A stretch of 64,000 nucleotides of DNA from Candidatus Latescibacterota bacterium (lineage in GTDB: Bacteria > Latescibacterota > UBA2968 > GCA-2709665). The position numbers and the translations under genes are program-made. This document shows positions 1 to 9,591 of the stretch, in pieces (the first letter of the stretch is position 1; every line of letters begins with the position of its first letter). The stretch covers positions 320,001 to 384,000 of the forward strand of contig OZ241917.1 of the NCBI GenBank assembly GCA_965203805.1, given 5' to 3'. The notes beneath the pieces are model-generated. The model was not told the origin of the DNA. It worked only from the letters and a program-made list of their open reading frames with translations, and did no database searches.

Positions 1-171
1 CTGGAGACCGATTGCCCGTTTCTTGCGCCGGTGCCGTATCGGGGACGGCGGAATGAACCGGCCCACGTCAGGCAGATCGCCGAATTTATCGCGGGTTGCG
101 CGGACGAGCCGTTGGAAAGCCTCGCCACCCGAACCACTGCAAACGCACTTCGGCTATTCGGGTTGACGTGA
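1..171 (+). CDS. tatD: TatD family hydrolase/DNase, C-terminal fragment (gene starts before the window)
   Basis: Frame 1 reads [23 protein letters not shown]...[12 protein letters not shown], the TatD ETDxPxLAP..RG..NEP signature; TGA stop overlaps the rsmA ATG. Confidence 0.9.
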   Translation: METDCPFLAPVPYRGRRNEPAHVRQIAEFIAGCADEPLESLATRTTANALRLFGLT

Positions 172-983
172 TGAACAGGCCCAAAAAGGGACTGGCACAG
201 CACTTCCTGACCGACACGGGAGCTGTCCACAGGATCGTGAAGGCGGCGTGCGCAGGCGCCGACGATCTGGTCGTCGAAATCGGCCCGGGCCGCGGCGCGC
301 TGACCGGCCGGCTGCTTGCGGAATCGGCCAGGGTGATTGGCATCGAGCGGGACGAGGCGCTGTGCGGATTCCTGCGGTCCCGATTCGGTAGCGAATTGCA
401 CCTGCGCAACCAGGACGTACTGACTGTCGATTTTCATGAACTGATTCGTGCGGAAGGATTTGAAAGGGCGGTTCTGGTGGGCAACCTGCCGTACAACATC
501 ACGGGCGCGGTTGTCCATCGGATCCTGGAATCCCGTTGCCGGTTAAAGAGAGCCGTCCTGACCGTTCAGCGGGAGGTCGCCCGTCGAATTGTCGCCGCGC
601 CGGGCAGCAGGGACTACGGGGTCCTCTCGATCGCCGTTCAGTTGTATTCCCGGCCAAGGAGGTTGTTCGACCTGAGTCCAGGCGTGTTTTTTCCGGCGCC
701 TCGAGTCTTTTCCTCCGTGATGCTGCTGGATTTCCAGGGGGAAGTTCCCTACCGGATTCAGGACGAGGAGTTTTTCTTTCGCGTGGTCCGGACGGCATTC
801 GCCCAGCGGCGAAAGATGTTGAAAAACACCCTGCGTGGAATTGCGAACGGCAGGACCGCGACGCTGGAACGTGCAGGCGCGGCGGCAGCGGTTGACTTCA
901 GGTTGAGACCGGAAGCGATTTCCATACCCCAGTTTGAGCGCATCTGTGGCGCGCTCATGCCATCTCGCGATACCGGCAGGTAG
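171..983 (+). CDS. rsmA: 16S rRNA m6,2A1518/1519 dimethyltransferase
   Basis: KKGLAQHFL, VEIGPGRGALT and GNLPYNI motifs; start coupled to the tatD stop (TGATG). Confidence 0.95.
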   Translation: MNRPKKGLAQHFLTDTGAVHRIVKAACAGADDLVVEIGPGRGALTGRLLAESARVIGIERDEALCGFLRSRFGSELHLRNQDVLTVDFHELIRAEGFERAVLVGNLPYNITGAVVHRILESRCRLKRAVLTVQREVARRIVAAPGSRDYGVLSIAVQLYSRPRRLFDLSPGVFFPAPRVFSSVMLLDFQGEVPYRIQDEEFFFRVVRTAFAQRRKMLKNTLRGIANGRTATLERAGAAAAVDFRLRPEAISIPQFERICGALMPSRDTGR

Positions 984-1100
984 ATTTGCCGCAGCCATTC
1001 GCAGTGATGTGACATTCGCCTTCGCGGATTGCCGATGCCGGCATTGCTTCCGTGCGGGCTTCCGCCGAAAAAACGTCCATCCATCCAAAAGGGATTAGCA

Positions 1101-2030
1101 ATGCCTCCGATGCCGAAGGCGGACAAGATCTGGTTCAACGGAAAGTTCGTGGATTGGGACGACGCGAGAATTCACGTGCTGTCGCACGTCGTGCACTACG
1201 GATCCAGCGTATTCGAGGGTGTTCGTTGTTACGAAACACACAGGGGGCCGGCCTGTTTCCGGTTGGCGGATCACGTGAACCGGCTGTACGATTCGGCCAA
1301 GATTTACCGGATGCCAATTCCGTACGAGCCTGAGGAATTGTCTCGGGCTATTCTGGAATCCATCCGCACAAACGGCCTTCAGGCCTGTTACGTGCGTCCC
1401 GTGATCTTTCGAGGATACGAGAGTCTGGGCGTGGATCCCTCGTCCTGTCCCGTCGAAGTCGTGATTGCCGTGTGGGAATGGGGCGCCTATCTGGGCGAGG
1501 AAGCGCTCGAAAAGGGTGCCGAGGTGCGGTTCTCCTCGTGGAACCGGCTGGCGCCGAATACGATGCCGTCGCTCGCCAAGGTCGGCGCCAATTATATGAA
1601 CTCGCAATTGATCAAGCTGGAGGCGCTCGCCGACGGATACGTGGAAGGAATCGCGCTGGACGCGCAGGGCCACGTGAGCGAAGCCAGCGGAGAAAATATC
1701 TTCATGGTGAAGAACGGAGCGATCTATACGCCCTCCACCGGATCGTCGATTCTGCCCGGCATTACCCGTCACTCGGTGATTACGCTGGCACGTGACCTGG
1801 GCTATGCGGTAACGCAGCGCGCCATTCCGCGAGAGTCACTATATATCGCCGACGAAGTCTTTTTTACCGGCAGCGCGGCCGAAGTGACGCCAATCGCGAA
1901 AATCGATCACATTCCGATCGGAGCAGGGACCCGCGGGCCCATCACGAAAGCCCTTCAGGACGCTTTCTTCGGCGTCGTTTCGGGGGAGACGGAAGACCGT
2001 CACGGCTGGTTGACCTTTGTCAATCGTTGA
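1101..2030 (+). CDS. ilvE: Branched-chain amino acid aminotransferase
   Basis: [31 protein letters not shown] and [12 protein letters not shown] motifs of class IV PLP aminotransferases. Confidence 0.95.
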   Translation: MPPMPKADKIWFNGKFVDWDDARIHVLSHVVHYGSSVFEGVRCYETHRGPACFRLADHVNRLYDSAKIYRMPIPYEPEELSRAILESIRTNGLQACYVRPVIFRGYESLGVDPSSCPVEVVIAVWEWGAYLGEEALEKGAEVRFSSWNRLAPNTMPSLAKVGANYMNSQLIKLEALADGYVEGIALDAQGHVSEASGENIFMVKNGAIYTPSTGSSILPGITRHSVITLARDLGYAVTQRAIPRESLYIADEVFFTGSAAEVTPIAKIDHIPIGAGTRGPITKALQDAFFGVVSGETEDRHGWLTFVNR

Positions 2031-2088
2031 TCCCCAGACCTCCAGGACTCCAGGGAGCCGCGCAGGCGCGGAGAATCGAAACACACAT

Positions 2089-2907
2089 ATGGATGAGATC
2101 AGCAGCAAGAGCATCGCCGTCATTGGCGCCGGAAATATGGGCGGCGCGTTGATTTCCGGTCTGGTGCAATCGGGTGCCGTGCCGCCGGAACGGGTGACGG
2201 CCGTGGATATCGATACGACGTTGCTGGAGGCGCATCGGACGGCGCTGGGGGTGAATACCAGCCGCGACGCCGCTTCCGCGGCCGCAGAACACGACGTGGT
2301 CGTGCTTGGCTTGAAACCCCAGATATGGGCTTCGGTTGTCGCACCCGCGTCACCGTCTCTTACCGACCGGCAGACGGTGCTTTCGATTATGGGCGGCGTA
2401 CGGACCGGGGCGATCGAGGAAGTCCTGGGCGGGAGGATCCCCGTCGTGCGGGCGATGCCGAATATCCTTGCGCGGATTCGCGCGTCTGTTTCTGCCATTT
2501 GCGTGGGCCGGTTCGCTCAGGAAACGCATATCGCGACCGCTGAAGCCATTCTGGTGACGGTCGGTGAGTCCGTACGCTTGAGTGAAGCTCAGATGGATGC
2601 CGTAACGGGACTCTCCGGCAGCGGCCCCGCCTTCGTGTATATGATGATCGACGCGCTTGCCGACGGGGGCGTCAGGATGGGGATTCCGAAGCCCGTCGCG
2701 CTCAAGCTGGCCGCGCAGACGGTTTTGGGCGGTGCGAAGATGGTGATCGAGAGCGGGCAGCACCCGGCGGTGCTCAAAGACCAGGTCACGTCCGCCGGTG
2801 GCACGACCATTGCCGGATTGCAGGCCCTGGAGCTGGGCGGATTTCGCGCGGCGTTGATGAAGGCGGTGGAGGCCGCGACCCGGCGGTCCGAGGAGCTTGG
2901 AAAGTAG
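2089..2907 (+). CDS. proC: Pyrroline-5-carboxylate reductase
   Basis: IGAGNMG, RAMPN, SGSGPAF and VTSAGGTTIAG motifs. Confidence 0.95.
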   Translation: MDEISSKSIAVIGAGNMGGALISGLVQSGAVPPERVTAVDIDTTLLEAHRTALGVNTSRDAASAAAEHDVVVLGLKPQIWASVVAPASPSLTDRQTVLSIMGGVRTGAIEEVLGGRIPVVRAMPNILARIRASVSAICVGRFAQETHIATAEAILVTVGESVRLSEAQMDAVTGLSGSGPAFVYMMIDALADGGVRMGIPKPVALKLAAQTVLGGAKMVIESGQHPAVLKDQVTSAGGTTIAGLQALELGGFRAALMKAVEAATRRSEELGK

Positions 2908-2943
2908 GCGGTCGGTAACGCGGGGATACGGACGGAGCATCTG

Positions 2944-3549
2944 ATGATCGTGATTGTAGACTGTGGTGCGGGCAATCTGCGCAGCGTGCAGAAGGGATTT
3001 GAGCGGGTCGGTCACGCCGCGGCGATTACGGATCGCCCGGAAGACGTAAACAGCGCCGACCGTGTGGTCTTGCCCGGGGTGGGGGCCTTTGGAGACGCGA
3101 TGGTGAATCTCAGGGCGGGAGGCCTGATCGAGCCCCTTTTGGACTCGATCGACAGTGGCCGGCCATTCCTGGGCATTTGCGTCGGTCTCCAGCTTCTTTT
3201 TTGCGAAAGCGATGAGATGGGCCGGCATCGTGGGTTCGGCGTTTTCCCGGGGAGCGTACGGCGGTTTCCCGACGGTGTGCGAGTCCCCCAGATCGGGTGG
3301 AACCAGGTTCGCATCCGGAGGCAGACGCCACTTCTCGAGGGCATTCCCGACGATGCGTTCTTCTATTTCGTCCATTCGTACTATGTTGATCCTGACCTGG
3401 AATCCGATTGTGTGGCAACCACGGATTACGCGTTGGACTATACGTCCGTCGCGGGCCGCGGGGCTGCCTACGGCATCCAGTTTCATCCCGAGAAGAGCCA
3501 GGACCTCGGACTGCTTGTCCTGAAGAATTTCGCGGAGCGGGTATGCTAG
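2944..3549 (+). CDS. hisH: Imidazole glycerol phosphate synthase, glutaminase subunit
   Basis: LPGVGAF, LGICVGLQ, YFVHSY and QFHPEKS motifs. Confidence 0.95.
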   Translation: MIVIVDCGAGNLRSVQKGFERVGHAAAITDRPEDVNSADRVVLPGVGAFGDAMVNLRAGGLIEPLLDSIDSGRPFLGICVGLQLLFCESDEMGRHRGFGVFPGSVRRFPDGVRVPQIGWNQVRIRRQTPLLEGIPDDAFFYFVHSYYVDPDLESDCVATTDYALDYTSVAGRGAAYGIQFHPEKSQDLGLLVLKNFAERVC

Positions 3550-4331
3550 CAAAGCGCATCATACCCTGTCTGGACGTCAAGAACGGGCGAAATGTCCGCG
3601 GTGTGAAATTTTCGGCGGACCGGGACGCCGGAGACCCCGTTGACCTGGCCCGCAGGTACGACGAGGAAGGGGCTGACGAACTCGTATTCTACGACATTAC
3701 GGCGTCGGCCGAGAAACGGGAGATCGTGGGCGATCTCGTGCGCCAGGTGTCGGAACAGGTGTTTATCCCGTTTACGGTGGGCGGCGGCGTCCGGACCTTT
3801 GATGATATCCGCACAATCATCGAAGGCGGCGCCGAAAAGGCATCCATTAATTCTGCCGCTGTTCATACACCGGAGTTGATTACCCGCGGCGCGGAGCGAT
3901 TCGGGACGCAGGCGATCGTAGGATCCATCGACGCGGTTCGCCGGGGCGGGAAGTCCGAATGGCCGGAGTGGGAGGTCGTGATCAACGGCGGCAGGACGCC
4001 GACGGGCAAGGATGCCCTGAAATGGGCGCAGGAACTGGTCGACAGGGGCGCGGGGGAACTCGTTCTGAACAGCATTGATGCCGACGGCACGAAGGAGGGG
4101 TACGACATCGAGCTGAACCGCGCGGTGGCTGAGCTTGTGGACGTGCCGATCGTGGCTTCCGGGGGTTCGGGCGGCCCGGAGCACATGTATCAGGTGCTTC
4201 ATCAGGGCAAAGCGAGCGCGGCTCTTGCGGCGTCGATCTTTCACTACCGGCAATATAGCATTCCCCAGGTGAAAGCATACCTGGCCAGGCGGGGCGTGTG
4301 TGTACGGCCCCGTGTCAGGGTAGACCTGTAA
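3543..4331 (+). CDS. hisF: Imidazole glycerol phosphate synthase, cyclase subunit
   Basis: MLAKRIIPCLDV start; GADELVFYDITAS; SIDADGTKEGYD; ALAASIFH. Confidence 0.95.
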   Translation: MLAKRIIPCLDVKNGRNVRGVKFSADRDAGDPVDLARRYDEEGADELVFYDITASAEKREIVGDLVRQVSEQVFIPFTVGGGVRTFDDIRTIIEGGAEKASINSAAVHTPELITRGAERFGTQAIVGSIDAVRRGGKSEWPEWEVVINGGRTPTGKDALKWAQELVDRGAGELVLNSIDADGTKEGYDIELNRAVAELVDVPIVASGGSGGPEHMYQVLHQGKASAALAASIFHYRQYSIPQVKAYLARRGVCVRPRVRVDL

Positions 4332-5539
4332 TGGATTCCGGCAAGACACGAACAGAAGCAGGGCCTCGAACCGGGGATGGATCGATAGGCGATTCCGGGC
4401 CTGGCGCGGCCTGTCCGGAGCGCACAGCGCTCTTCCGGGGTATCCGGCGTGTCGTGGTGAAGCTGGGGACCCGTCTGGTGACGCTGCAGGACCGCGCGCT
4501 GAATCTGCAACTGATAGATCGTCTGGCTGCTGACGTGGCGGAATTGCGCCGAACGGGGATACAGATTGCCGTCGTCTCATCGGGCGCGGTGGGGGCCGGC
4601 ATGGGACGGCTGGGACTGGTGGAACGGCCGCGTCGCCTGGCAGCGCTGCAGGCAACGGCGGCAGTTGGACAGGGGCTGCTGATGAACGCGTACAAGCTCG
4701 CGTTCCGAGCCCATGACGTCCCGGTCGGGCAGGTGCTGCTGACGGCAGATGACCTGGACAACCGGAGACGTTACGTTAACGCGCGGAATACGCTGGATTC
4801 GTTGTTCCGATTCGGCGCCGTTCCGATTCTCAATGAGAACGACAGTGTGGCGGTTGAGGAACTCCAGCTTTCGGTAGGCGACAACGATCGCCTTTCCGCG
4901 CTCGTCACGCACCTGGTCGACGCCGACCTTCTCGTTATTCTCACCGATGTGGATGGACTCTTCTCTGAAGATCCCGATCGAAACGCACAGGCACGCCTTA
5001 TTGCGCGGGTTAGGGAGGTCGGCTCCGATATGATCGAAAGGGCCGGGGAGGCCGGCAGCCGGTTGAGCCTCGGCGGTATGCGATCAAAGCTGGAGGCGGC
5101 GCAGAGCGTGACGCGGGGGGGCAGGCTGGCCGTCATCGCAAACGGCCACAGGATCGGACTGGAACAGATCATCGCAGGTACGCCGGCGGGCACATTGTTT
5201 CTTGCCGCGCGGAAGAGACAGCCCGGCCGGAAGGCCTGGATTGCCAATTCTCGTCGAAACGGCGCCGTGGTTGTGGACGACGGCGCCGTAGAAGCAATCG
5301 TAAAGCGTGGAAAGAGCCTCCTGCCTTCGGGGGTCCTGGAGGTGGTCGGCGCCTTTGAGGCAGGAGAGTTGATTGCCGTTGAAGACCGGCGCCGACAGGA
5401 GGTGGCGCGCGGCGTGGTCAAGTACGGTTCGGTTGACGTGCAGCGTATATTGGGCAAATCAACCGGCGAGGCGGGTTCGATTCTGGACGTGGAGACGGGA
5501 GGAGAGGTGGTTCACCGGGACGACCTGGTGGTGCTTTAA
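4331..5539 (+). CDS. proB: Glutamate 5-kinase with PUA domain
   Basis: VVVKLGT, SSGAVGAG, NENDSV, GDNDRLSA, GGMRSKL motifs; C-terminal PUA (SLLPSG...HRDDLV). Confidence 0.95.
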   Translation: MDSGKTRTEAGPRTGDGSIGDSGPGAACPERTALFRGIRRVVVKLGTRLVTLQDRALNLQLIDRLAADVAELRRTGIQIAVVSSGAVGAGMGRLGLVERPRRLAALQATAAVGQGLLMNAYKLAFRAHDVPVGQVLLTADDLDNRRRYVNARNTLDSLFRFGAVPILNENDSVAVEELQLSVGDNDRLSALVTHLVDADLLVILTDVDGLFSEDPDRNAQARLIARVREVGSDMIERAGEAGSRLSLGGMRSKLEAAQSVTRGGRLAVIANGHRIGLEQIIAGTPAGTLFLAARKRQPGRKAWIANSRRNGAVVVDDGAVEAIVKRGKSLLPSGVLEVVGAFEAGELIAVEDRRRQEVARGVVKYGSVDVQRILGKSTGEAGSILDVETGGEVVHRDDLVVL

Positions 5540-5578
5540 GGTCATCGGCGGCGCGATGCTCCACAGGAGGTTTTCGGG

Positions 5579-5926
5579 ATGAAGTTCTACAGAGGAAAAC
5601 GTGAATTTCTGGACGCCCCGCGCAGGAGGATGTACCGTTTCCTATGGGCGCTGCCGGCGCTTTGGTTCGTGTATTTGTTTTTCGCCGGAGAAAGCGGCTA
5701 TCTGCAGATACGGGAACGGGACCGGCAGATCGAGGGCATGCGCGGTGAGATTGAAACCGTTAGGGAGGAAAACAGACGGCTGGAGGCCGAAGTCGAAGAA
5801 TTGAAAAACGACCTGGCGATCATTGAGAGGATCGCGCGTGAGCGGTACGGCATGGTAAAGAAAAACGAAACGGTCTATATGGTTTATCCCGGAGCGCGAG
5901 ACCCGGCCGCGGTCACCCGGAAATGA
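5579..5926 (+). CDS. ftsB: Septum formation initiator family protein (FtsB/DivIC-like)
   Basis: One TM helix, coiled coil, IERIARERYGMVKKNE motif; AGGAGG RBS upstream. Confidence 0.8.
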   Translation: MKFYRGKREFLDAPRRRMYRFLWALPALWFVYLFFAGESGYLQIRERDRQIEGMRGEIETVREENRRLEAEVEELKNDLAIIERIARERYGMVKKNETVYMVYPGARDPAAVTRK

Positions 5927-6705
5927 TATTGAAGACCGAGGGCCTGGTGCTGCGCGGTTACCGGATGAGCGAGAGCAGCAAGGTGGCGGTCATCTACACC
6001 CGTTCCGCCGGGAAGGTACGGGTTGTCGCCAGGGGCGCCCGGCGTCCCAGGAGCAAGTTCGGCGCCAGCGTCGAGCCGCTGACCTGGGGAGCCTATGTCA
6101 TATATAGCCGCGAAAACAGAGATCTGCAGACGCTGAGCGAAGGCGATATTCTCTATGCCTTTGAAGGTCTCAAGGGAGATTACAGGCGCCTTGTCTACGC
6201 AAGCGCAGTGTGCGATCTTCTGGATCGCCTGACACCTGATGAAGATCCGAATTCCCTCCTCTGCAGCGTTACCCTGGACACGCTTCGATGGATGGAGACG
6301 ATTGAGGAAGTCGCAGTTGAATTGCCGCTCTGGTATTTTCAGCTCAAGGCGGCTTCGGCGTTGGGATATCGTCCCCATTTGAGCGGATGCGTACAGTGCG
6401 GGGTGGGAATATCCGGCGACCGGGTCTGTTTCGACGCGGGACGGGGCGGCACGGTCTGTCACCGTTGTGAGCGCGGTGGAATCGGGGTCAAGATGCCCAC
6501 CGTTCAATTCCTTGAGCAACTTCAGACAGCGCGTGCGGACCGGGTCGACGAGAAGGGGTTCGGGTCGATCGACATCAGCGAAGCGCGGCGTGTCTTGCGC
6601 AGCTTTCTATGGCGCCATATCGAGAACCGGGGCCAGGTCAAGTCACTGGATTTTCTGAATCGCATGCTGGCTGCGGAGTCGCCATCAGCGCCCTACGGAA
6701 GTTGA
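5923..6705 (+). CDS. recO: DNA repair protein RecO
   Basis: TEGLVLR...ESSKV...GKVRVVARGARR OB-fold; LGYRPHLSGCVQC...CHRC zinc finger. Confidence 0.92.
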   Translation: MILKTEGLVLRGYRMSESSKVAVIYTRSAGKVRVVARGARRPRSKFGASVEPLTWGAYVIYSRENRDLQTLSEGDILYAFEGLKGDYRRLVYASAVCDLLDRLTPDEDPNSLLCSVTLDTLRWMETIEEVAVELPLWYFQLKAASALGYRPHLSGCVQCGVGISGDRVCFDAGRGGTVCHRCERGGIGVKMPTVQFLEQLQTARADRVDEKGFGSIDISEARRVLRSFLWRHIENRGQVKSLDFLNRMLAAESPSAPYGS

Positions 6706-6765
6706 AGACCGGACGGTGACAGGGCTTATACGAGGCCAATAATCTGATTCTCCGTCTTTCCTGAA

Positions 6766-9468
6766 GTGGAGCGGATTGGCGGTACGGGAGAACAGGCCGT
6801 GCTTGAGAAAAAGTACGATCCGGGGTCGGTGGAAGCGACCTGGTACGCCTTCTGGGAAGAGAAGGGCTATTTCAGGCCGGAATACCAGGCAGACGGAAAG
6901 GCCTTTGCCATCACAATTCCGCCGCCGAATGTCACGGGAGAGCTACACATGGGGCACGCGCTGCAGCATGCGATACACGATGCCGTGGTGCGTTGGAAGC
7001 GGATGCAGGGTTATCGGACGCTCTGCCTGCCCGGCACCGACCACGCCGGAATTGGCACCCAGATGAAGGTGGAACAGCAGCTTTTCGCGGAGGAAGGAAA
7101 AGGGCGCCACGATGTTGGCCGGGAAGAGATGTTAAAACGAATCGTCGCCTGGAAACAGCAATACGGGGGAACCATACTCAATCAGCTCCGGGAGATGGGT
7201 TGCAGCTACGATTGGGATCGCGAACGGTATACCATGGACCGCAGTTACGCCCGGTCGGTTTTGTCGGCTTTCGTGAGATTTTACGAACGGGGATGGGTAT
7301 ACCGCGGCAGGCGGATGGTAAACTGGTGCCCGAGTTGCGGCACGGTCATATCTGATCTGGAGGTGGAAGAGCGGGAACACGAGGGACACCTGTGGCATAT
7401 TCGCTATCCGGGTCTTGATGGGGGGCCGGACGTGGTCGTCGCCACGACGCGACCTGAGACGATGCTGGGAGACACGGGTGTGGCGGTGCATCCGGAAGAC
7501 CGGCGCTGGCAGCGGGCGATCGGCGAACGCGTCGTTCTGCCGCTCATGGACCGCCCCATCCCCATCGTGGCCGATCGGTACGCGGACCCGGAGATGGGCA
7601 GCGGTGCGGTAAAGGTGACGCCCGCGCACGACCCCAATGACTACGAAATCGGGCTGCGGCACGGGTTGCCCGAGATCCAGGTGATCGGATTCAAGGGAGA
7701 GATGACCGGTGAGGCGGGGGCGTACGGCGGCATGGACCGGTTCACCTGCCGAAACGCGGTGATTGCCGACCTGAAGGAATCGGGACTGCTTGAACGCATA
7801 GAGGATTATGAACACATGGTACCGCACCACGACAGGTGTGGCACGTCTATCGAGCCGCTGCCGATGGACCAGTGGTTTCTGGCTATGAGGTCCCTTGCGG
7901 ATCAGGCGCTGCCCGCTTTGAAGAAGCGGGAAATCAGATACGTACCGGATCGATTCCGGGAGTATTCCGTTGAGTGGCTGGAAAACATCCAGGACTGGTG
8001 CATCTCCCGTCAGATCTGGTGGGGACACCGGCTCCCCGTGTGGACCTGCGAGGGGTGCGGAAAAATGCTGGTTCGGGAGGACGCGCCCGATTTCTGCGAT
8101 GCCTGCGGGAGCCGGGATCTCACACAGGATCCGGACGTTCTGGACACCTGGTTCTCGTCGGCCCTGTGGCCCTTCGCCACGCTGGGGTGGCCCGAGCAGA
8201 CTGAGGACCTGAAGGCGTTTCATCCAACCGACCTGATGATCACGGGCAGGGATATTCTCTACCTCTGGGTCGCGAGAATGATCATGACAGCCGTCGAGTT
8301 TGTGGACGAGATTCCATTCGGGACCGTACTTGTGCATCCGACCGTCCAGACGCGTGACGGGAAACGAATGAGCAAGTCGCTGGGTACCGGAATCGATCCC
8401 AGGGAGCTGATCGACCGGTACGGTGCGGACGCCACGCGTCTTTCACTGCTTTACCAGTGCGGCAGTTCGCAGGACATCCGGTTCGACGCCGACGTCGTCG
8501 ACAACCATTTGCAGGATTCTCCGATCACGGAATCCTGCAGGAATTTCTGCAACAAGATCTGGAATGCCGCGCGGTTCGTGCAGATGAACCTGGAGGATGG
8601 CGACGTCCTGCCGGCGTCGCCGCATGTGGACCCGTTCGACTCCGCGGACCGATGGATACTCAGCCAGTACAACCGCACCGTGCGCGCGGTGACCGGATCA
8701 CTCGCGGACTACCGCTTTGACGAAGCATCCAGAACCCTGTACGAGTTCGTCTGGAACGCGTTTTGTGACTGGTACCTGGAAATCGCCAAGGTGCGGTTGA
8801 ATGCCGTCGACCCGGAAGCGGGAACGGCCGCGCGCCGTGCGCTGGTCCACGTACTGGAGGGCTCCCTGCGTCTGCTTCATCCGATGGCGCCGTTTATCTC
8901 CGAGGCGCTGTGGCAGCAACTTCCCCGTTCCGGGGAAGCGCTGATTGTCGCGAAGTGGCCGGAGGCGGACCTGGGACGTTTCGACGAGACTGCGGAACGG
9001 GAGATGGCGCTATTGCAGGAGGTGGTGGGTGCAGTCAGGAATATTCGGGGTACGATGCGCGTGCCCCCAGGCAGGCGCGCCGACGTCCATTTGAAGGTGA
9101 ATTCGGTCGAGGTTGCGAACATCCTGAGCCGGTTCGAGGTCTACCTTGGCGCGCTTGCGAGGGTAGCGGACCTTCGCATCGGCGCCGATATCGCCCGGCC
9201 GCCGGCGTCCGCCAGCGCCGTGTTGAAGGATGTCGAGATCTTCGTGCCGTTGCAGGGGCTGATCGATCTCGACCTGGAGCGTCAGCGTCTGAAGAAGGAA
9301 ATCGAAAAGCTGGAGGCGTTGCTGGGCGGGCTGGACCGGAAGCTCAGTAACGCGGGTTTTCTGAACAATGCGCCCTCCGAGGTGGTCTCGAAGGAAAAGG
9401 GACGCCACGCACAGTACCGCAGTGCACTCGGCAGGCTGAACGAGAACCTGGAAGCGGTGACGTCGTGA
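6766..9468 (+). CDS. valS: Valyl-tRNA synthetase (start may be the GTG at 6799)
   Basis: PPPNVTGELHMGH, DWCISRQIWWGH, DTWFSSALWP and RMSKSLG motifs; C-terminal coiled coil. Confidence 0.96.
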   Translation: MERIGGTGEQAVLEKKYDPGSVEATWYAFWEEKGYFRPEYQADGKAFAITIPPPNVTGELHMGHALQHAIHDAVVRWKRMQGYRTLCLPGTDHAGIGTQMKVEQQLFAEEGKGRHDVGREEMLKRIVAWKQQYGGTILNQLREMGCSYDWDRERYTMDRSYARSVLSAFVRFYERGWVYRGRRMVNWCPSCGTVISDLEVEEREHEGHLWHIRYPGLDGGPDVVVATTRPETMLGDTGVAVHPEDRRWQRAIGERVVLPLMDRPIPIVADRYADPEMGSGAVKVTPAHDPNDYEIGLRHGLPEIQVIGFKGEMTGEAGAYGGMDRFTCRNAVIADLKESGLLERIEDYEHMVPHHDRCGTSIEPLPMDQWFLAMRSLADQALPALKKREIRYVPDRFREYSVEWLENIQDWCISRQIWWGHRLPVWTCEGCGKMLVREDAPDFCDACGSRDLTQDPDVLDTWFSSALWPFATLGWPEQTEDLKAFHPTDLMITGRDILYLWVARMIMTAVEFVDEIPFGTVLVHPTVQTRDGKRMSKSLGTGIDPRELIDRYGADATRLSLLYQCGSSQDIRFDADVVDNHLQDSPITESCRNFCNKIWNAARFVQMNLEDGDVLPASPHVDPFDSADRWILSQYNRTVRAVTGSLADYRFDEASRTLYEFVWNAFCDWYLEIAKVRLNAVDPEAGTAARRALVHVLEGSLRLLHPMAPFISEALWQQLPRSGEALIVAKWPEADLGRFDETAEREMALLQEVVGAVRNIRGTMRVPPGRRADVHLKVNSVEVANILSRFEVYLGALARVADLRIGADIARPPASASAVLKDVEIFVPLQGLIDLDLERQRLKKEIEKLEALLGGLDRKLSNAGFLNNAPSEVVSKEKGRHAQYRSALGRLNENLEAVTS

Positions 9469-9591
9469 AATGCTCGTATCCGGGTACGAGCGGGCTGCAG
9501 GCAATCGCCTGTTGCGATATTCCCGGCGCCCCGTCGGAAGTACGGGATATCGGCTGAACCCTCGGCCTGATTCAGATTGGAAGTCTGCAAC